From an uncultured Syntrophomonas sp. (lineage in GTDB: Bacteria > Bacillota > Syntrophomonadia > Syntrophomonadales > Syntrophomonadaceae), in contig CAZOZX010000001.1 in assembly GCA_964584415.1 (NCBI GenBank), forward strand, positions 1-62,015: a DNA stretch of 62,015 bases, in the 5' to 3' direction. A program made the translations under genes and the position numbers. The notes under the pieces are model-generated. The model saw nothing but the letters and a program-made list of their open reading frames with translations, had not been told where the DNA came from and made no database searches. Position 1 is the stretch's first letter, and every line of letters begins with the position of its first letter. Positions 9,720 to 19,994 of this stretch are shown in pieces.

Positions 9720-10633
9720 TAAGCTTGGACCTCCTTTGTTTGTAAGAGTTCTCGCCTCAGCTTTTCATCCTTAATAAGCGGGTAACCCATCCTTTCTCTC
9801 TGTTCGAGGTACTCACGGGCCACCATCCGGGCGAGGTTGCGTACCCTGCCAATATAACCCGTACGTTCAGTAACGCTAATTGCCCCGCGGGCATCAAGCA
9901 GATTAAAAAGATGCGAGCATTTCAAAACATAATCATAAGCTGGTTGAGGCAGCTTAAGTTCCGAAACTCTACGTGCCTCTTCTTCGCACATATTAAACAT
10001 AGTTGTCAAGGTTGGCACATCAGCAATGGTGAAATTGTAGTGAGAATAATCTACCTCAGATTGATGGTGCACATCGGCATAGGTAATGTCATCCACCCAT
10101 TCAACATCGAAAACATTTTCTTTATTCTGGATGTACATAGCGATCCGTTCGATACCATAAGTAATCTCGGCGCACACCGGGTGACAATCGAATCCGCCAC
10201 ATTGTTGGAAGTAGGTAAATTGGGTTACTTCCATACCATCAAGCCAGATTTCCCAACCTAATCCCCATGCTCCGAGGGTAGGAGACTCCCAGTTGTCCTC
10301 TACCAACCGGATATCATGCTTTTCCGGTTCTATTCCCAACCGGCGCAGGCTGTCAAGATAAAGCTCGATCACATTGTCTGGAGATGGTTTTAAGATTACC
10401 TGAAACTGATAATAATGCTGCAAACGGTTCGGATTTTCTCCATAACGGCCGTCTGTTGGCCGCCGAGATGGTTCTACATAAGCCACGTTCCATGGCTCTG
10501 GACCTAAACAGCGGAGGAAAGTAGCCGGGTTCATGGTCCCCGCACCCTTTTCCAAGTCGTAAGGCTGCTGAATAATACATCCCTGTTGACCCCAATATTC
10601 CTGTAGATTCATAATGATTTGCTGGAAATTCAT
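9719..10633 (-). CDS. glyQ: glycine--tRNA ligase alpha subunit
   Basis: Highly conserved GlyQ sequence. I place the start at ATG 10633 (MNFQQII...) because AGGAGGG lies 7 nt upstream. The ORF track extends to 10657. Confidence 0.95.
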   Translation of the reverse strand: MNFQQIIMNLQEYWGQQGCIIQQPYDLEKGAGTMNPATFLRCLGPEPWNVAYVEPSRRPTDGRYGENPNRLQHYYQFQVILKPSPDNVIELYLDSLRRLGIEPEKHDIRLVEDNWESPTLGAWGLGWEIWLDGMEVTQFTYFQQCGGFDCHPVCAEITYGIERIAMYIQNKENVFDVEWVDDITYADVHHQSEVDYSHYNFTIADVPTLTTMFNMCEEEARRVSELKLPQPAYDYVLKCSHLFNLLDARGAISVTERTGYIGRVRNLARMVAREYLEQRERMGYPLIKDEKLRRELLQTKEVQA

Positions 10634-10711
10634 TAAAGCACCCTCCTGTTTAATCAATATCTAAAGGATGATTAACTATAGTATTAACTAAAACGATCCA
10701 ACTCCTGGATC

Positions 10712-10912
10712 CCAAAATAAAAAACGCCCGTAACATAACAGGGACGGGGTTTTCCCGCGGTTCCACCCTGCTTGACACGTGGCCCACTTCCTTAATGCCT
10801 TTTACTCCGAAGTGCCCTTCAGATTTAGCCCCTACCGGTTCACATCCTTCCCGGCTTTCTGGGAGAGACCGTTCATCTTACTCTTCTTCATCATTGCTCG
10901 GCTATTAAATTC
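10712..10912 (-). promoter_or_regulatory. T-box riboswitch leader, glycine specifier, controlling glyQS
   Basis: Minus strand shows a Stem I specifier loop GAAGGGCA (GGC at 10816-10814), the T-box sequence CAGGGUGGAACCGCGGG (10770-10754, with UGGA matching the U73 of tRNA-Gly), then a terminator hairpin plus U6. Confidence 0.8.
10714..10750 (-). terminator. T-box terminator of the glyQS leader
   Basis: CCCGU...ACGGG hairpin followed by UUUUUUAUUUU. Its 5' arm overlaps the antiterminator 3' arm. Confidence 0.6.
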
Positions 10913-10918
10913 ATTGAT

Positions 10919-10947
10919 AGTTTAACAACTGGTTCCAAGCTTGTCAA
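10919..10947 (-). promoter_or_regulatory. sigma-A type promoter of the glyQS leader
   Basis: TTGACA (10947-10942), 17-nt spacer, TAAACT (10924-10919). Overlaps the recO stop codon. Confidence 0.5.
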
Positions 10948-11702
10948 ATGGGTGCCAGTATGGTTTGTTTAAGCCAGAGGATTGTGTTTTTGACTCGAAA
11001 CTTTCTTTCCACATGATACTCCAAGTAAGCCTCCAGAAATACCTCCAATTGCTGTGTTGCTGCTGATGATGCCTTGACTCTGCGGACAGCTTGAAATGAA
11101 CCTTCAAAAAGCAATTTGATTAAAGCCAAGCAGTCCCCGCGCAGGCTCATTTGTGTTCCGGTCGTTTCCCGGCAAGAATCACATATTAATCCGCCATCAG
11201 CCATACTGAAGTCAATGGTCTTGGATTCGGGACGGCTACACCGCGCACAACGGTCGAGCACAGGTTTGTATCCCAGGTTCACTAAAAGCCGGCTTTCAAA
11301 GTATCGTATCAGCATAGGATTGAATCCCTCTTTATTCATAGCCTGTAGGACCTCCAGACAAACTGCAAATAAATTAGGCATCGGCACCTTTTCCATAAGG
11401 CTCTTGTCCATAAGTTCCATCATATATATACAGTAGAGAGTGCGGTTAATATCCTCACGGGAATTGCCAAAGAAATCAATAATTTTCCCTTGTGTAATTA
11501 GATCCATGTCACGTCCTTTGCTGAAAAATAGGTGTGAATAACAAAACGGCTGTACGCAACCCCGCAGACTGCTTTTGGGCTTTTTTACACCCTTGGCCAC
11601 GGCCGTTATCTTACCCTCTTTTTCCGTGAATGTAGAAACGATTTGATCACTCTCGCGAAGGTTCCGGGTTTTTAATATGATGGAAGGACTGCGGAAATAC
11701 AT
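10944..11702 (-). CDS. recO: DNA repair protein RecO
   Basis: 252 aa. OB-fold N-terminus plus CxxC...CxxC zinc motif (CARCSRP...CDSC). RBS AAGGAG. Confidence 0.9.
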   Translation of the reverse strand: MYFRSPSIILKTRNLRESDQIVSTFTEKEGKITAVAKGVKKPKSSLRGCVQPFCYSHLFFSKGRDMDLITQGKIIDFFGNSREDINRTLYCIYMMELMDKSLMEKVPMPNLFAVCLEVLQAMNKEGFNPMLIRYFESRLLVNLGYKPVLDRCARCSRPESKTIDFSMADGGLICDSCRETTGTQMSLRGDCLALIKLLFEGSFQAVRRVKASSAATQQLEVFLEAYLEYHVERKFRVKNTILWLKQTILAPI

Positions 11703-11728
11703 TCAATCTCCTTAACCTGTAGCCATGG

Positions 11729-12418
11729 TTAATCATTCAGCATTTGTTGTCGAGTATTGTATGCCTGTATTATCTGGGCAGCACTGCTGGTTCCAAGCCG
11801 AACCGCACCTGACCTAATTAAAGATAGGGCAAAATCGAGGTCTTTAATGCCGCCAGAGGCTTTAACCTTGAGAGACGGCCGTTTGTGTTGGTTAATGATA
11901 ATCAAATCCTCCAGGCTGGCACCCCGGCTGGAAAATCCGGTTGAGGTCTTAATAAAATCTGCATCGGTCTGATTTATGAGTTCTGTTATGTTAGCCAACT
12001 CCAATTGATTCAATAGAGCAGTCTCGACGATGAGCTTAAGAACAAAATCGGTTTGCTGTTTTAGCACCACCACCGACTCAATTTCTTTGCGTACTACAGT
12101 GTAGTCCTGATCCTTAACGGCTCCAATGTTAATCACCATGTCCAGCTCATTGGCACCGAGTTCCAGTGCCTTGGCAGCCTCATATGCTTTACTGGCCAGA
12201 CCCACGGCCCCTAATGGAAAACCAATTACGGTACCAATGTGAACCGGGCTTCCATATAAGCAGCGGTACGCCCAGGGAAGACGGTAGGGATGAACGCAAA
12301 CAGCAGCCATGTTATATTCAATCGCTTCTTGGCATAAAGCCTCAATTTCCTCTCCCCGGGCTTCCGGCTTAAGATTGGTACTATCCAGATAAGATGCCAA
12401 TGCGATGCTATCCATCAA
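11729..12418 (-). CDS. deoC: deoxyribose-phosphate aldolase
   Basis: 229 aa. DSTNLKPEA, AAVCVHP, DFIKTSTGF (Schiff-base Lys region), KASGGI motifs. Confidence 0.9.
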   Translation of the reverse strand: MMDSIALASYLDSTNLKPEARGEEIEALCQEAIEYNMAAVCVHPYRLPWAYRCLYGSPVHIGTVIGFPLGAVGLASKAYEAAKALELGANELDMVINIGAVKDQDYTVVRKEIESVVVLKQQTDFVLKLIVETALLNQLELANITELINQTDADFIKTSTGFSSRGASLEDLIIINQHKRPSLKVKASGGIKDLDFALSLIRSGAVRLGTSSAAQIIQAYNTRQQMLND

Positions 12419-12458
12419 ACTCTACTCCTCGTAGTCTGCTATTTGAACCTGGTTTCAA

Positions 12459-13361
12459 TCAGTTTCGATAACCCAGTTGGTTAAGATTGTTCTGGTTGTC
12501 CCGCCAGTTCTTTTTAACCTTTATCCATAAATCGAGATATACGGAAGCATTCATCATCTTTTCAATGTCAGCCCGGGCTTGCTCTCCAATCTGCTTCAAC
12601 ATCTGGCCCTTTTTCCCGATAATGATACCTTTCTGCGAATCTCTCTCGGTATTGATGACCGCTCTAATGTAGACTTTGCCAGATTCCTGGTTCTTAAATT
12701 CCTCTATCTCCACTGCCAGCGAATGAGGCACCTCATCCCGGGTCAATAAAAGTGCTTTTTCTCTTATTAATTCGGCAACAATGAAAGAAACCGGCTGGTC
12801 GGTCAGGTCTTCTTCCGGATAATACAAGGGGCCTTCTGGTAAATATTTATAGGTGGTTTCCAACAATTCAGTCAGGTTGGTTCCCTTAACTGCGGCTATG
12901 GAAATACACTCGGTAAATTTCATCTGGTTACAAAACGGCTGGATAAACCGCTGAATCTCTTCATTATCTACCAGGTCGATTTTATTAACTAACAGAAATA
13001 CCGGTACTGTGCTGTTTTTTAACTGGTCTATAATGTACTGTTCTCCTGGTCCAAAAGGATGAGTGACGTCGGTGATATAGTAAACTAAATCAACCTCATC
13101 CAAACTTTGGGTAGAAACCTTCATCATATATTCACCTAAAAGGTGCTTGGGTTTATGCATCCCTGGGGTATCAATAAAAATAATCTGTCCCTGATCGGAT
13201 GTCAGAATTCCCTGTATTCTGGTTCTGGTCGTCTGAGGTTTATCAGATACAATTGCTATCTTGGAGCCGATCAGTTTGTTGACCAGGGTCGATTTTCCTA
13301 CATTGGGTCTGCCTACGATACTAACAAATCCAGATTTCAAAACTATTATTCCCTTCTGCAT
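12459..13361 (-). CDS. era: GTPase Era
   Basis: 300 aa. G1 GRPNVGKST, G3 DTPG, G4 NKID, C-terminal KH domain. Confidence 0.95.
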   Translation of the reverse strand: MQKGIIVLKSGFVSIVGRPNVGKSTLVNKLIGSKIAIVSDKPQTTRTRIQGILTSDQGQIIFIDTPGMHKPKHLLGEYMMKVSTQSLDEVDLVYYITDVTHPFGPGEQYIIDQLKNSTVPVFLLVNKIDLVDNEEIQRFIQPFCNQMKFTECISIAAVKGTNLTELLETTYKYLPEGPLYYPEEDLTDQPVSFIVAELIREKALLLTRDEVPHSLAVEIEEFKNQESGKVYIRAVINTERDSQKGIIIGKKGQMLKQIGEQARADIEKMMNASVYLDLWIKVKKNWRDNQNNLNQLGYRN

Positions 13362-13413
13362 GGATTCCGCAGTGCATTATACATATTTTAAGATTAACTA
13401 ATCAAGTGATATT

Positions 13414-13800
13414 TTATCCCTCTAACGAAAAAGCGTAGGGTAGCATTTCGTTTAGGCGATATTCCTTTAAATCTCCTTGGTCATCGCTGGTGATAATTTT
13501 AACTGCATTGGCAAACTCGGCCAAAACCTGAAGACAAGCCCCACAAGGAGTAACTCTGCCAACTCCACTACTGGATATGGCTAAAACTGCAAACTCTCTT
13601 TCCCCAGCTAATATTGCCTTAAATATCGCCACGCGTTCGGCACAAATAGTCAGACTGTATGAGGCGTTTTCGATATTAGCGCCGGTATACACGTTTCCCC
13701 CAACCGTTAAGAGAGCCGCTCCAACCCGGTAATTTGAATAGGGAGCATATGCCATGTCCTGAGCTTGACGGGCTAAGCCAACCAAATCTTCTGCTCTCAT
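13414..13800 (-). CDS. cdd: cytidine deaminase
   Basis: 128 aa. CAER...PCGACLQ zinc-binding motifs. Confidence 0.9.
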   Translation of the reverse strand: MRAEDLVGLARQAQDMAYAPYSNYRVGAALLTVGGNVYTGANIENASYSLTICAERVAIFKAILAGEREFAVLAISSSGVGRVTPCGACLQVLAEFANAVKIITSDDQGDLKEYRLNEMLPYAFSLEG

Positions 13801-13811
13801 TTTTCTCCTCC

Positions 13812-14171
13812 CTAGCCAAGCAGTCCGATTAAAGCAGGACCAAACAAAAAAACTGCTACTACAACAGCGTTGAGAGCGGTCAGGAATACTCCTCCCGCGG
13901 CCATGTCTTTGGCCAGTTTAGCCATTGGATGACTTTCCGAACAGGCTAGATCGACTGTTTTCTCAATGGCACTGTTTATTGTTTCTGCAGAAAGAACCAT
14001 AAATATGGTTATGCTTAAAATTGCCCACTCGATGGCGGAAAGGTCCACCATGATTCCCGCCGCAATTGCCGCTATCGCAGCCAACAGGTGAATTTTCATA
14101 TTCTCCCCGTGGACGATAGCGTAATATAATCCCTGAATAGCGTAGGAGAAACTTCTCAACAGCCTGCTCAT
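13812..14171 (-). CDS. dgkA: diacylglycerol/undecaprenol kinase
   Basis: 119 aa, three TM segments, DgkA family. Conserved position between cdd and ybeY. Confidence 0.85.
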   Translation of the reverse strand: MSRLLRSFSYAIQGLYYAIVHGENMKIHLLAAIAAIAAGIMVDLSAIEWAILSITIFMVLSAETINSAIEKTVDLACSESHPMAKLAKDMAAGGVFLTALNAVVVAVFLFGPALIGLLG

Positions 14172-14176
14172 AATAT

Positions 14177-14647
14177 TTATCGTTCCAGGCTTACGCTTTG
14201 CAAAATTTTTTCCTGCAAATCTTGCATTACTTTGTCCCCGGTGTCCGAATCGTGTTCATAACCCAGTAAATGGAGTATGCCGTGAGCAGTCAGAAAACCA
14301 ACCTCCCGGGCCAGGCTATGACCATAATCCTCACTCTGGGATTGGGCCTTTTCCATGGAAATAATTATATCTCCTAAAATATTGGGCTCCCCAGGAAAGT
14401 CCATATCGGGTTCATCCTCGCCCAGTTCATTCATGGCAAAAGATAGTACATCAGTAGCCACGTTTTGACCGCGGTACATCGAGTTTAACTTCTTTATATA
14501 AGCATTGTCCACCAGTAAAATACTTAATTCTGTTTCAGTGGATAGATTGTGCAGCTTAGCAGCAGCATTGACAACTGCCAGGATTTTATTCTCTAACTGT
14601 GCATCAAATTCAACCTTAGTCTGCTGGTTTATAATCATGGTTTCCAA
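14177..14647 (-). CDS. ybeY: rRNA maturation endoribonuclease YbeY
   Basis: 156 aa. HGILHLLGYEHD metal-binding motif. Confidence 0.9.
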   Translation of the reverse strand: METMIINQQTKVEFDAQLENKILAVVNAAAKLHNLSTETELSILLVDNAYIKKLNSMYRGQNVATDVLSFAMNELGEDEPDMDFPGEPNILGDIIISMEKAQSQSEDYGHSLAREVGFLTAHGILHLLGYEHDSDTGDKVMQDLQEKILQSVSLER

Positions 14648-16805
14648 GCTGCTCTCTCCTTTTCGTAAACTCCTGTACTATATCAGGGTATTCAATCCTT
14701 TTATGATAAACCCCTTCCAAGACCTTGCAAAAGCTTGCACTTAGCACGTCCAAATCCTTAAAAGTCAGGTCACATTCTTCGAGCTGGTGATCGTTTAATT
14801 TATCCCGAATTATTTTCTCAACCATTATCCGAATATTATTCATATTAGGATTAGGTAATGACCGAACCGCTGCCTCCACGGCATCAGCCAGCATAACCAG
14901 GGCTACTTCCTTGGTTTGAGGTTTCGGCCCTTCGTATCTAAAGCTATCCTCGTTGACCATCCCTTCCCCTTCTTCAGCAATAGCCTGATTATAGAAATAC
15001 TTGGCCAGGCTCGTTCCATGATGGCAGGCGATAAAGTCAATTATTACCTGAGGTAGATGAGCCTCTTTGGCCAGCTCTACCCCTTCCTTTACATGGGATA
15101 TTATAATTAAGGCGCTTAAAGCCGGGGCTATTTTATTATGCGGTTCATCACAGCCGCGCTGGTTTTCCACGAAGTACTCCGCCCTTTTGATCTTGCCAAT
15201 GTCGTGAAAATAGGACCCTACCCTTACTAACAAGGGATTGGCACCGATCACCTGCGCAGACGCTTCGGCCAGATTGCCAACCATTAAGCTGTGGTGATAA
15301 GTCCCGGGGGCCTCTATCAGCAGCCGTTTCAGAAGGTCATGATTAGGGTTGGAAAGTTCCAGTAAACGAATCATACTAGTTATAGAGAAAGCGCTTTCCA
15401 GGTAAGGCAGAGCCCCTATTGTCAGTACAGCTGATAAAATTCCGCTTATAACCCCAAGTAAAACCCCTACCAAAGCTACCGCAATATTTATGTTCCCGCT
15501 CAATAATTCCATCGCCAGGATCGCTGCCACATTAGCAGTAGCAATATAAAATCCAGCCCGGGCCAGATCTCCTGTCTGACTTAACCTGGTTACTCGATAA
15601 ACACCAACTGTACCTCCAACAAAGGCAACTGTAATGAGGGCTAATTGATTACTCTCGGTTAATAAACCAACAAACAAAGACATTACAACGGTAACAAAGT
15701 AAGCCAGGCGGTTATCGACCAGAATAGCTATAAGCATTGACCCGGCAGCAACAGGAGCCAGGTACCCAGCCATAATATTGATTTCCGGTCGGTCAGCTAT
15801 TTTTACCGCGGTTAATACCCTGGCCAGGACAATAACGATGATTACAATCAATCCGATTAAGATCAACAACTTATCATTTAATAAGATATCGCGGTAATAG
15901 CGTTTGAGGTATTCTCTGAGCAGCCAAATAGCTACTAACACAAAAAGAGCTAAGCCCAATAACATTAGAGCATAACTTTTAGTACGCTGAATTCCCAATT
16001 GTTCGAGGACTGAAATCTGTTCAGCGGTAACTCGATCCCCTTCTCGAACTATAACCTCACCGGCTAGAACGTTTTTACGTACCGGTTCTACTGCTTCCCG
16101 GGCTTGCTGGATGGCGGCCTCAGTAGCTTGTTGGTCATAAATGAGGTTAGGACGGATGGCATCAACTGCAATTATTTGGACGATTTGCTGAGCGGCTGGA
16201 TTAAATGCCAGTTTAGCAGCCTGGTCGGCAATTTCATCATAAATACCCGGTAAAGCTTCCTGGGTAATCGGCTTATCCATGGATTGGTCCACGATGCTGA
16301 TGCTGGCTTCCCGCATCTTGGTTACATCTTCAGGGGTAGCGGTCAGCAAATAGTTAGTTAAATTGGTCAAATTAAATCCTGTATTAAAGTCTTTGCGTTT
16401 GACCAAGTCTTCCAACAAGTTTCTCATGGGCGTTCTTTTATCAGCGGTCGTGGAAATCAAAATATTGTTTATATTATCGAAAGCGCCATTTACGTCAGAA
16501 CGTGCAGAATTGAGTGCTATGCGATCCTCTTGGTAGGACTTTTGTACCCGGGAGGCGGCTTGGTCGCGGAGAGCCTCGGTCTGTTTTTCGTCTACAACCA
16601 CGGCGTTAGTCTCTGACACTATATTTCGTTTAGCTACTTCATCTTCCCGCAACGATACCTGCTGCGGATTAGAAGCACTGAACATGGTCGTGGTCATTAT
16701 TGCCACAAACACAAAAACCACCACGGCTCTTATGAAAGCAGCATTTCTCCATAGTCCGCTTGTCCTACCATCAAAAAAATATTTGAAGATCTGGGAAAAC
16801 TTCAT
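14616..16805 (-). CDS. pgpH: 7TM-HD membrane phosphohydrolase (PgpH/YqfF family, c-di-AMP phosphodiesterase-like)
   Basis: 729 aa. Extracellular N-domain, 7 TM helices, C-terminal HD domain (HHSLMVGNLA...FHDIGK). Confidence 0.85.
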   Translation of the reverse strand: MKFSQIFKYFFDGRTSGLWRNAAFIRAVVVFVFVAIMTTTMFSASNPQQVSLREDEVAKRNIVSETNAVVVDEKQTEALRDQAASRVQKSYQEDRIALNSARSDVNGAFDNINNILISTTADKRTPMRNLLEDLVKRKDFNTGFNLTNLTNYLLTATPEDVTKMREASISIVDQSMDKPITQEALPGIYDEIADQAAKLAFNPAAQQIVQIIAVDAIRPNLIYDQQATEAAIQQAREAVEPVRKNVLAGEVIVREGDRVTAEQISVLEQLGIQRTKSYALMLLGLALFVLVAIWLLREYLKRYYRDILLNDKLLILIGLIVIIVIVLARVLTAVKIADRPEINIMAGYLAPVAAGSMLIAILVDNRLAYFVTVVMSLFVGLLTESNQLALITVAFVGGTVGVYRVTRLSQTGDLARAGFYIATANVAAILAMELLSGNINIAVALVGVLLGVISGILSAVLTIGALPYLESAFSITSMIRLLELSNPNHDLLKRLLIEAPGTYHHSLMVGNLAEASAQVIGANPLLVRVGSYFHDIGKIKRAEYFVENQRGCDEPHNKIAPALSALIIISHVKEGVELAKEAHLPQVIIDFIACHHGTSLAKYFYNQAIAEEGEGMVNEDSFRYEGPKPQTKEVALVMLADAVEAAVRSLPNPNMNNIRIMVEKIIRDKLNDHQLEECDLTFKDLDVLSASFCKVLEGVYHKRIEYPDIVQEFTKRREQLGNHDYKPAD

Positions 16806-16832
16806 GTTATTCGCCTCAACATCTTGATCTGT

Positions 16833-17822
16833 CTATTGTTTCGCTTCGTATAACTCGTAAGCATTAATAATCTTTTGCACCAGCGGGTGCCTGACAACAT
16901 CTTCTTTCCCCAAATACTCAAAGGATATTCCCTTGATGCCGCTTAAAATTTTCTGAATTTCTATCAGTCCTGAATATTCTTCAGGGGGCAAATCCACCTG
17001 AGTAATATCACCGGTTATTACAGTCTGGGATCCGAAACCCAAGCGGGTCAGGAACATCTTCATTTGCTGCGGAGTGGTATTCTGGGCTTCGTCCAGTATT
17101 ATAAAAGCACTATTGAGCGTCCTTCCTCTCATATAGGCCAAAGGGGCGATCTCAATAATATTCTTTTCTAAATATCGTTGGGTAATATCAACTCCTAAGA
17201 TGTCAAAAAGGCCATCATAAAGCGGTCGCAGATATGGATTTACCTTTTCTATCAAATCTCCAGGCAGAAAACCAAGCTTCTCCCCAGCTTCCACTGCTGG
17301 CCTAACCAGTATAATACGTTCTACTTCTTTGTTGCGCAGTGCCCTCACTGCCATCGCTACAGCCAGATAAGTTTTGCCGGTCCCCGCCGGACCAATACTA
17401 AAAACAACATCATCTTTCAAGATGGCTTGCACGTACCTTTTTTGGCCCATTGTCTTAGCTTTGATAGCCTTCCCCCGAGCTGTAGTAATCAGCGTCCCGG
17501 AAACAATGGCCTTATAGCCCGGCCTCTCACCTTTTTTAAGCAACTTGTCTACATAGCCGATATCATTTTGGTTAAGCTGACCCTCGCTATCGACTATTTC
17601 CATTAAATCTTCTATCAATTGTATAGCATAATCGACCTGCTCTTCATTCCCCCGCACATAAACGTCTGCTCCCCGAGCAGACAAGTCGGCACCACTGATC
17701 TCCTGCAGATATCGAAAATTTTCATCCCCGGCTCCAAAGAAAATGGCCGCCTGCTGGTTGTTCTTGATAGCGTATTTACTCTCTTTTTCGGCCAAAAGCC
17801 AAAGTCCTCCCAGTTTTATCAA
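16833..17822 (-). CDS. phoH: PhoH-like ATPase
   Basis: 329 aa. Walker A GPAGTGKTYLA, Walker B ILDEAQN. Confidence 0.9.
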   Translation of the reverse strand: MIKLGGLWLLAEKESKYAIKNNQQAAIFFGAGDENFRYLQEISGADLSARGADVYVRGNEEQVDYAIQLIEDLMEIVDSEGQLNQNDIGYVDKLLKKGERPGYKAIVSGTLITTARGKAIKAKTMGQKRYVQAILKDDVVFSIGPAGTGKTYLAVAMAVRALRNKEVERIILVRPAVEAGEKLGFLPGDLIEKVNPYLRPLYDGLFDILGVDITQRYLEKNIIEIAPLAYMRGRTLNSAFIILDEAQNTTPQQMKMFLTRLGFGSQTVITGDITQVDLPPEEYSGLIEIQKILSGIKGISFEYLGKEDVVRHPLVQKIINAYELYEAKQ

Positions 17823-17866
17823 TATTTCCTGATAAGTATAGCATATGTAGCCTTTTATTTACTAAT

Positions 17867-19075
17867 CTAGCCACCTGCAATCGGCTGCGGTGTTCCTATG
17901 TCTTCAATCCCTTCAACGAACACTTTTATTCTTACAATTGAATCGCTGGGTGAAGATAAAACTTCTAAATGGGAATCAACCATTTTTACATTACTGTCCA
18001 TGATTAAACGCAGATTTTCCATGGCTTGTTCCCGCGCTATTTCTACGGCCTCATTCTCAGTATACTGGGTCGTCTTCACCACTCTTTCCTGGAACTTCTG
18101 ATACGTTATGCCCCATCGATAGCCATGCACAAGCCAGTTCTTTTCGCTTTGTTCATAATCTGGATAGGGGATCATACCCCTGCCAATAAGCAAGTACTGT
18201 CTCCACGGAGATGTCAGATATAGGCGGGAATACTTTGACTTGGTCAGAATAGTCTCGTCCCATGCCCTTCTGCTTTCGCCATATCCCTCATACCAAGTCC
18301 TGGCTTTGACCTGTCCTCGCGCCCTTACTTGAGTAGGTTCCATTGCCGGTAAAGGAGCAGGCATAGTAATATTGTCCGGAGGAACAGGGGGCAGCATGAT
18401 ACCTGAAATCAGCAAATCTCCCTTCACTACTACATCACCGGATTTTACTATGGCCTGACCATTAAGCACGAGAACCTCATCTACTACTCCATCCCGTTTG
18501 GCAACTATATTACATGGCTCAGTGGTCTCCCGGTCAGGCAATATCTTTTCAACCACTTTAATGTTGGCTCTGACTCCTTTTATGTCACATTCGATGTAAG
18601 AAATCTCATTCAGTTCCCTAAGCATGGCTTCTTCGACTTCTGTGCGACTAAAAGACCATTTAGCAGCCCCGGGATAAATCCCATGACGAGCCGCTGACAG
18701 CAGTATCCTGGTGCGGTCGACATTTTGATTGCCGCTTACCTCCACAAACCACAGAAAGGAGGACATAATATAGAGCGCAGTGACAAAAATAATTGCCCCC
18801 ACCGAAAAGCCCATCCTCCTTTTTAATATTTTCTTGTAAAAAGGAAGACCATCTCTTTTGAGTATTTCAAGATCGAAATCGTACTCGTCTACTATTGTTT
18901 TGAAAGCTTCATATCCACTATTCCTAACTTTCAGATATATAAATTCCTTATCTCTTTTGATATCCCAAATATAAATGCCTCGAGCTAAAGCCAGGTTAAT
19001 AATCCTTTCCAGATTATTACCCCGTAGTCGCAGGGAAATAAAGCCACCCACTTGATCTGAAAATCTATTGGTCAT
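17867..19075 (-). CDS. yqfD: sporulation protein YqfD
   Basis: YqfD family with one TM segment. I place the start at ATG 19075 (MTNRFSD...) behind GGTGGGGG. The ORF track start at 19123 would overlap yqfC by 35 nt. Confidence 0.85.
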   Translation of the reverse strand: MTNRFSDQVGGFISLRLRGNNLERIINLALARGIYIWDIKRDKEFIYLKVRNSGYEAFKTIVDEYDFDLEILKRDGLPFYKKILKRRMGFSVGAIIFVTALYIMSSFLWFVEVSGNQNVDRTRILLSAARHGIYPGAAKWSFSRTEVEEAMLRELNEISYIECDIKGVRANIKVVEKILPDRETTEPCNIVAKRDGVVDEVLVLNGQAIVKSGDVVVKGDLLISGIMLPPVPPDNITMPAPLPAMEPTQVRARGQVKARTWYEGYGESRRAWDETILTKSKYSRLYLTSPWRQYLLIGRGMIPYPDYEQSEKNWLVHGYRWGITYQKFQERVVKTTQYTENEAVEIAREQAMENLRLIMDSNVKMVDSHLEVLSSPSDSIVRIKVFVEGIEDIGTPQPIAGG

Positions 19076-19088
19076 CTTAACCCCCACC

Positions 19089-19367
19089 TTAATCCAGGTA
19101 TCTGACGCTTGATATTTCGCCAATCACCCTCATTTCATCAGGCATCAGAGCTTGTATCTCCAGCTTCTCTCCATTTACTTCAAGGTACCCCCGACTAAGG
19201 TTAATACGCATGCGTTCGGTAGAGTACTCAATAATACCTTTATGGTTCTCCAGGTATAACTCGTTTCTGCCGGTTATAGTCAATCGAGGTAAATCCAGTA
19301 CGAGATCAGCGGGGATTTCCAGAAAATCAGCCATTGCTCTGCTTATCGTTTCTCGTTTTGATTCCAC
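19089..19367 (-). CDS. yqfC: sporulation protein YqfC
   Basis: 92 aa YqfC family. GTG start with AAGGAGG RBS. Synteny with yqfD. Confidence 0.85.
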   Translation of the reverse strand: MESKRETISRAMADFLEIPADLVLDLPRLTITGRNELYLENHKGIIEYSTERMRINLSRGYLEVNGEKLEIQALMPDEMRVIGEISSVRYLD

Positions 19368-19533
19368 AGATAATCCTCCTTATCAACCGGCTATTGGCTT
19401 TGTAATCCCCAACGTAGCCTTGTATCGAGCAGCAAGGGCATTCACATATCACTAAAAAATATATGCTCACTAAATCCAGTAAATGCTCTAATATCAGCGA
19501 CAAAAATACTGTGCCAGCTCCTTCCGATAAGAC

Positions 19534-19563
19534 AAAAAAAACGTGCCTGCTGTGCAGACACGT
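19534..19563 (-). terminator. intrinsic terminator
   Basis: Minus-strand RNA ACGUGUCUGC-ACA-GCAGGCACGU (10 bp) followed by U7-8. Confidence 0.65.
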
Positions 19564-19581
19564 CTAGCTAAATACTATTCG

Positions 19582-19698
19582 CTAGCCGATAGCAATCGCC
19601 ACGATACTTAATAAAAATGAAGCCAAAACCACTCCGACAATAACTAAAGTCACATTTCTCTGCCGTTTATTTTGCATACCTCTATTCATAAATGACAT
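19582..19698 (-). CDS. hypothetical 38-aa single-TM peptide (below ORF-track cutoff)
   Basis: ATG at 19698 preceded by GGGGGAA. Translation MSFMNRGMQNKRQRNVTLVIVGVVLASFLLSIVAIAIG has a basic N-terminus and a hydrophobic helix. Bracketed by two terminators. Confidence 0.3.
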   Translation of the reverse strand: MSFMNRGMQNKRQRNVTLVIVGVVLASFLLSIVAIAIG

Positions 19699-19730
19699 CC
19701 GGCGTTCCCCCAATATGGTTCTTATTAGCG

Positions 19731-19762
19731 AAAAAGTCTGGTAACCAGATACCAGACTTTTT
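19731..19762 (-). terminator. intrinsic terminator after rpsU
   Basis: AGUCUGGUA-loop-UACCAGACU hairpin followed by UUUUU, 13 nt after the rpsU stop. Confidence 0.6.
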
Positions 19763-19774
19763 ATTTTCTAGTTT

Positions 19775-19951
19775 TTAAAATTTCTTCTTCTTACGGGCAG
19801 CCTCTGATTTCTTTTTCTTCCGAATACTTGGTTTCTCATAGTGTTCGTGTTTTCTAATATCTTGCATAACCCCTGACTTCTGGCAAGTACGTTTAAACCT
19901 CTTCAGAGCACTATCCAGGGATTCGTTTTTTCCTACTTTTACTTCGCTCAT
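19775..19951 (-). CDS. rpsU: 30S ribosomal protein S21 (below ORF-track cutoff)
   Basis: Hand translation [58 protein letters not shown] (58 aa). RBS GGGGAGGG. Confidence 0.9.
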   Translation of the reverse strand: MSEVKVGKNESLDSALKRFKRTCQKSGVMQDIRKHEHYEKPSIRKKKKSEAARKKKKF

Positions 19952-19994
19952 TATTTCCCTCCCCTCACCTGACCGGGATGATAGACGCCATTAT

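Noticed and set aside
10814-10817. Ambiguity in the glyQS specifier register (GAA-GGG-C versus GAAG-GGC-A)
   Set aside because: Both GGG and GGC encode glycine, and UGGA in the T-box fits tRNA-Gly U73, so the amino-acid assignment is unaffected. GGC followed by A matches the usual pattern.
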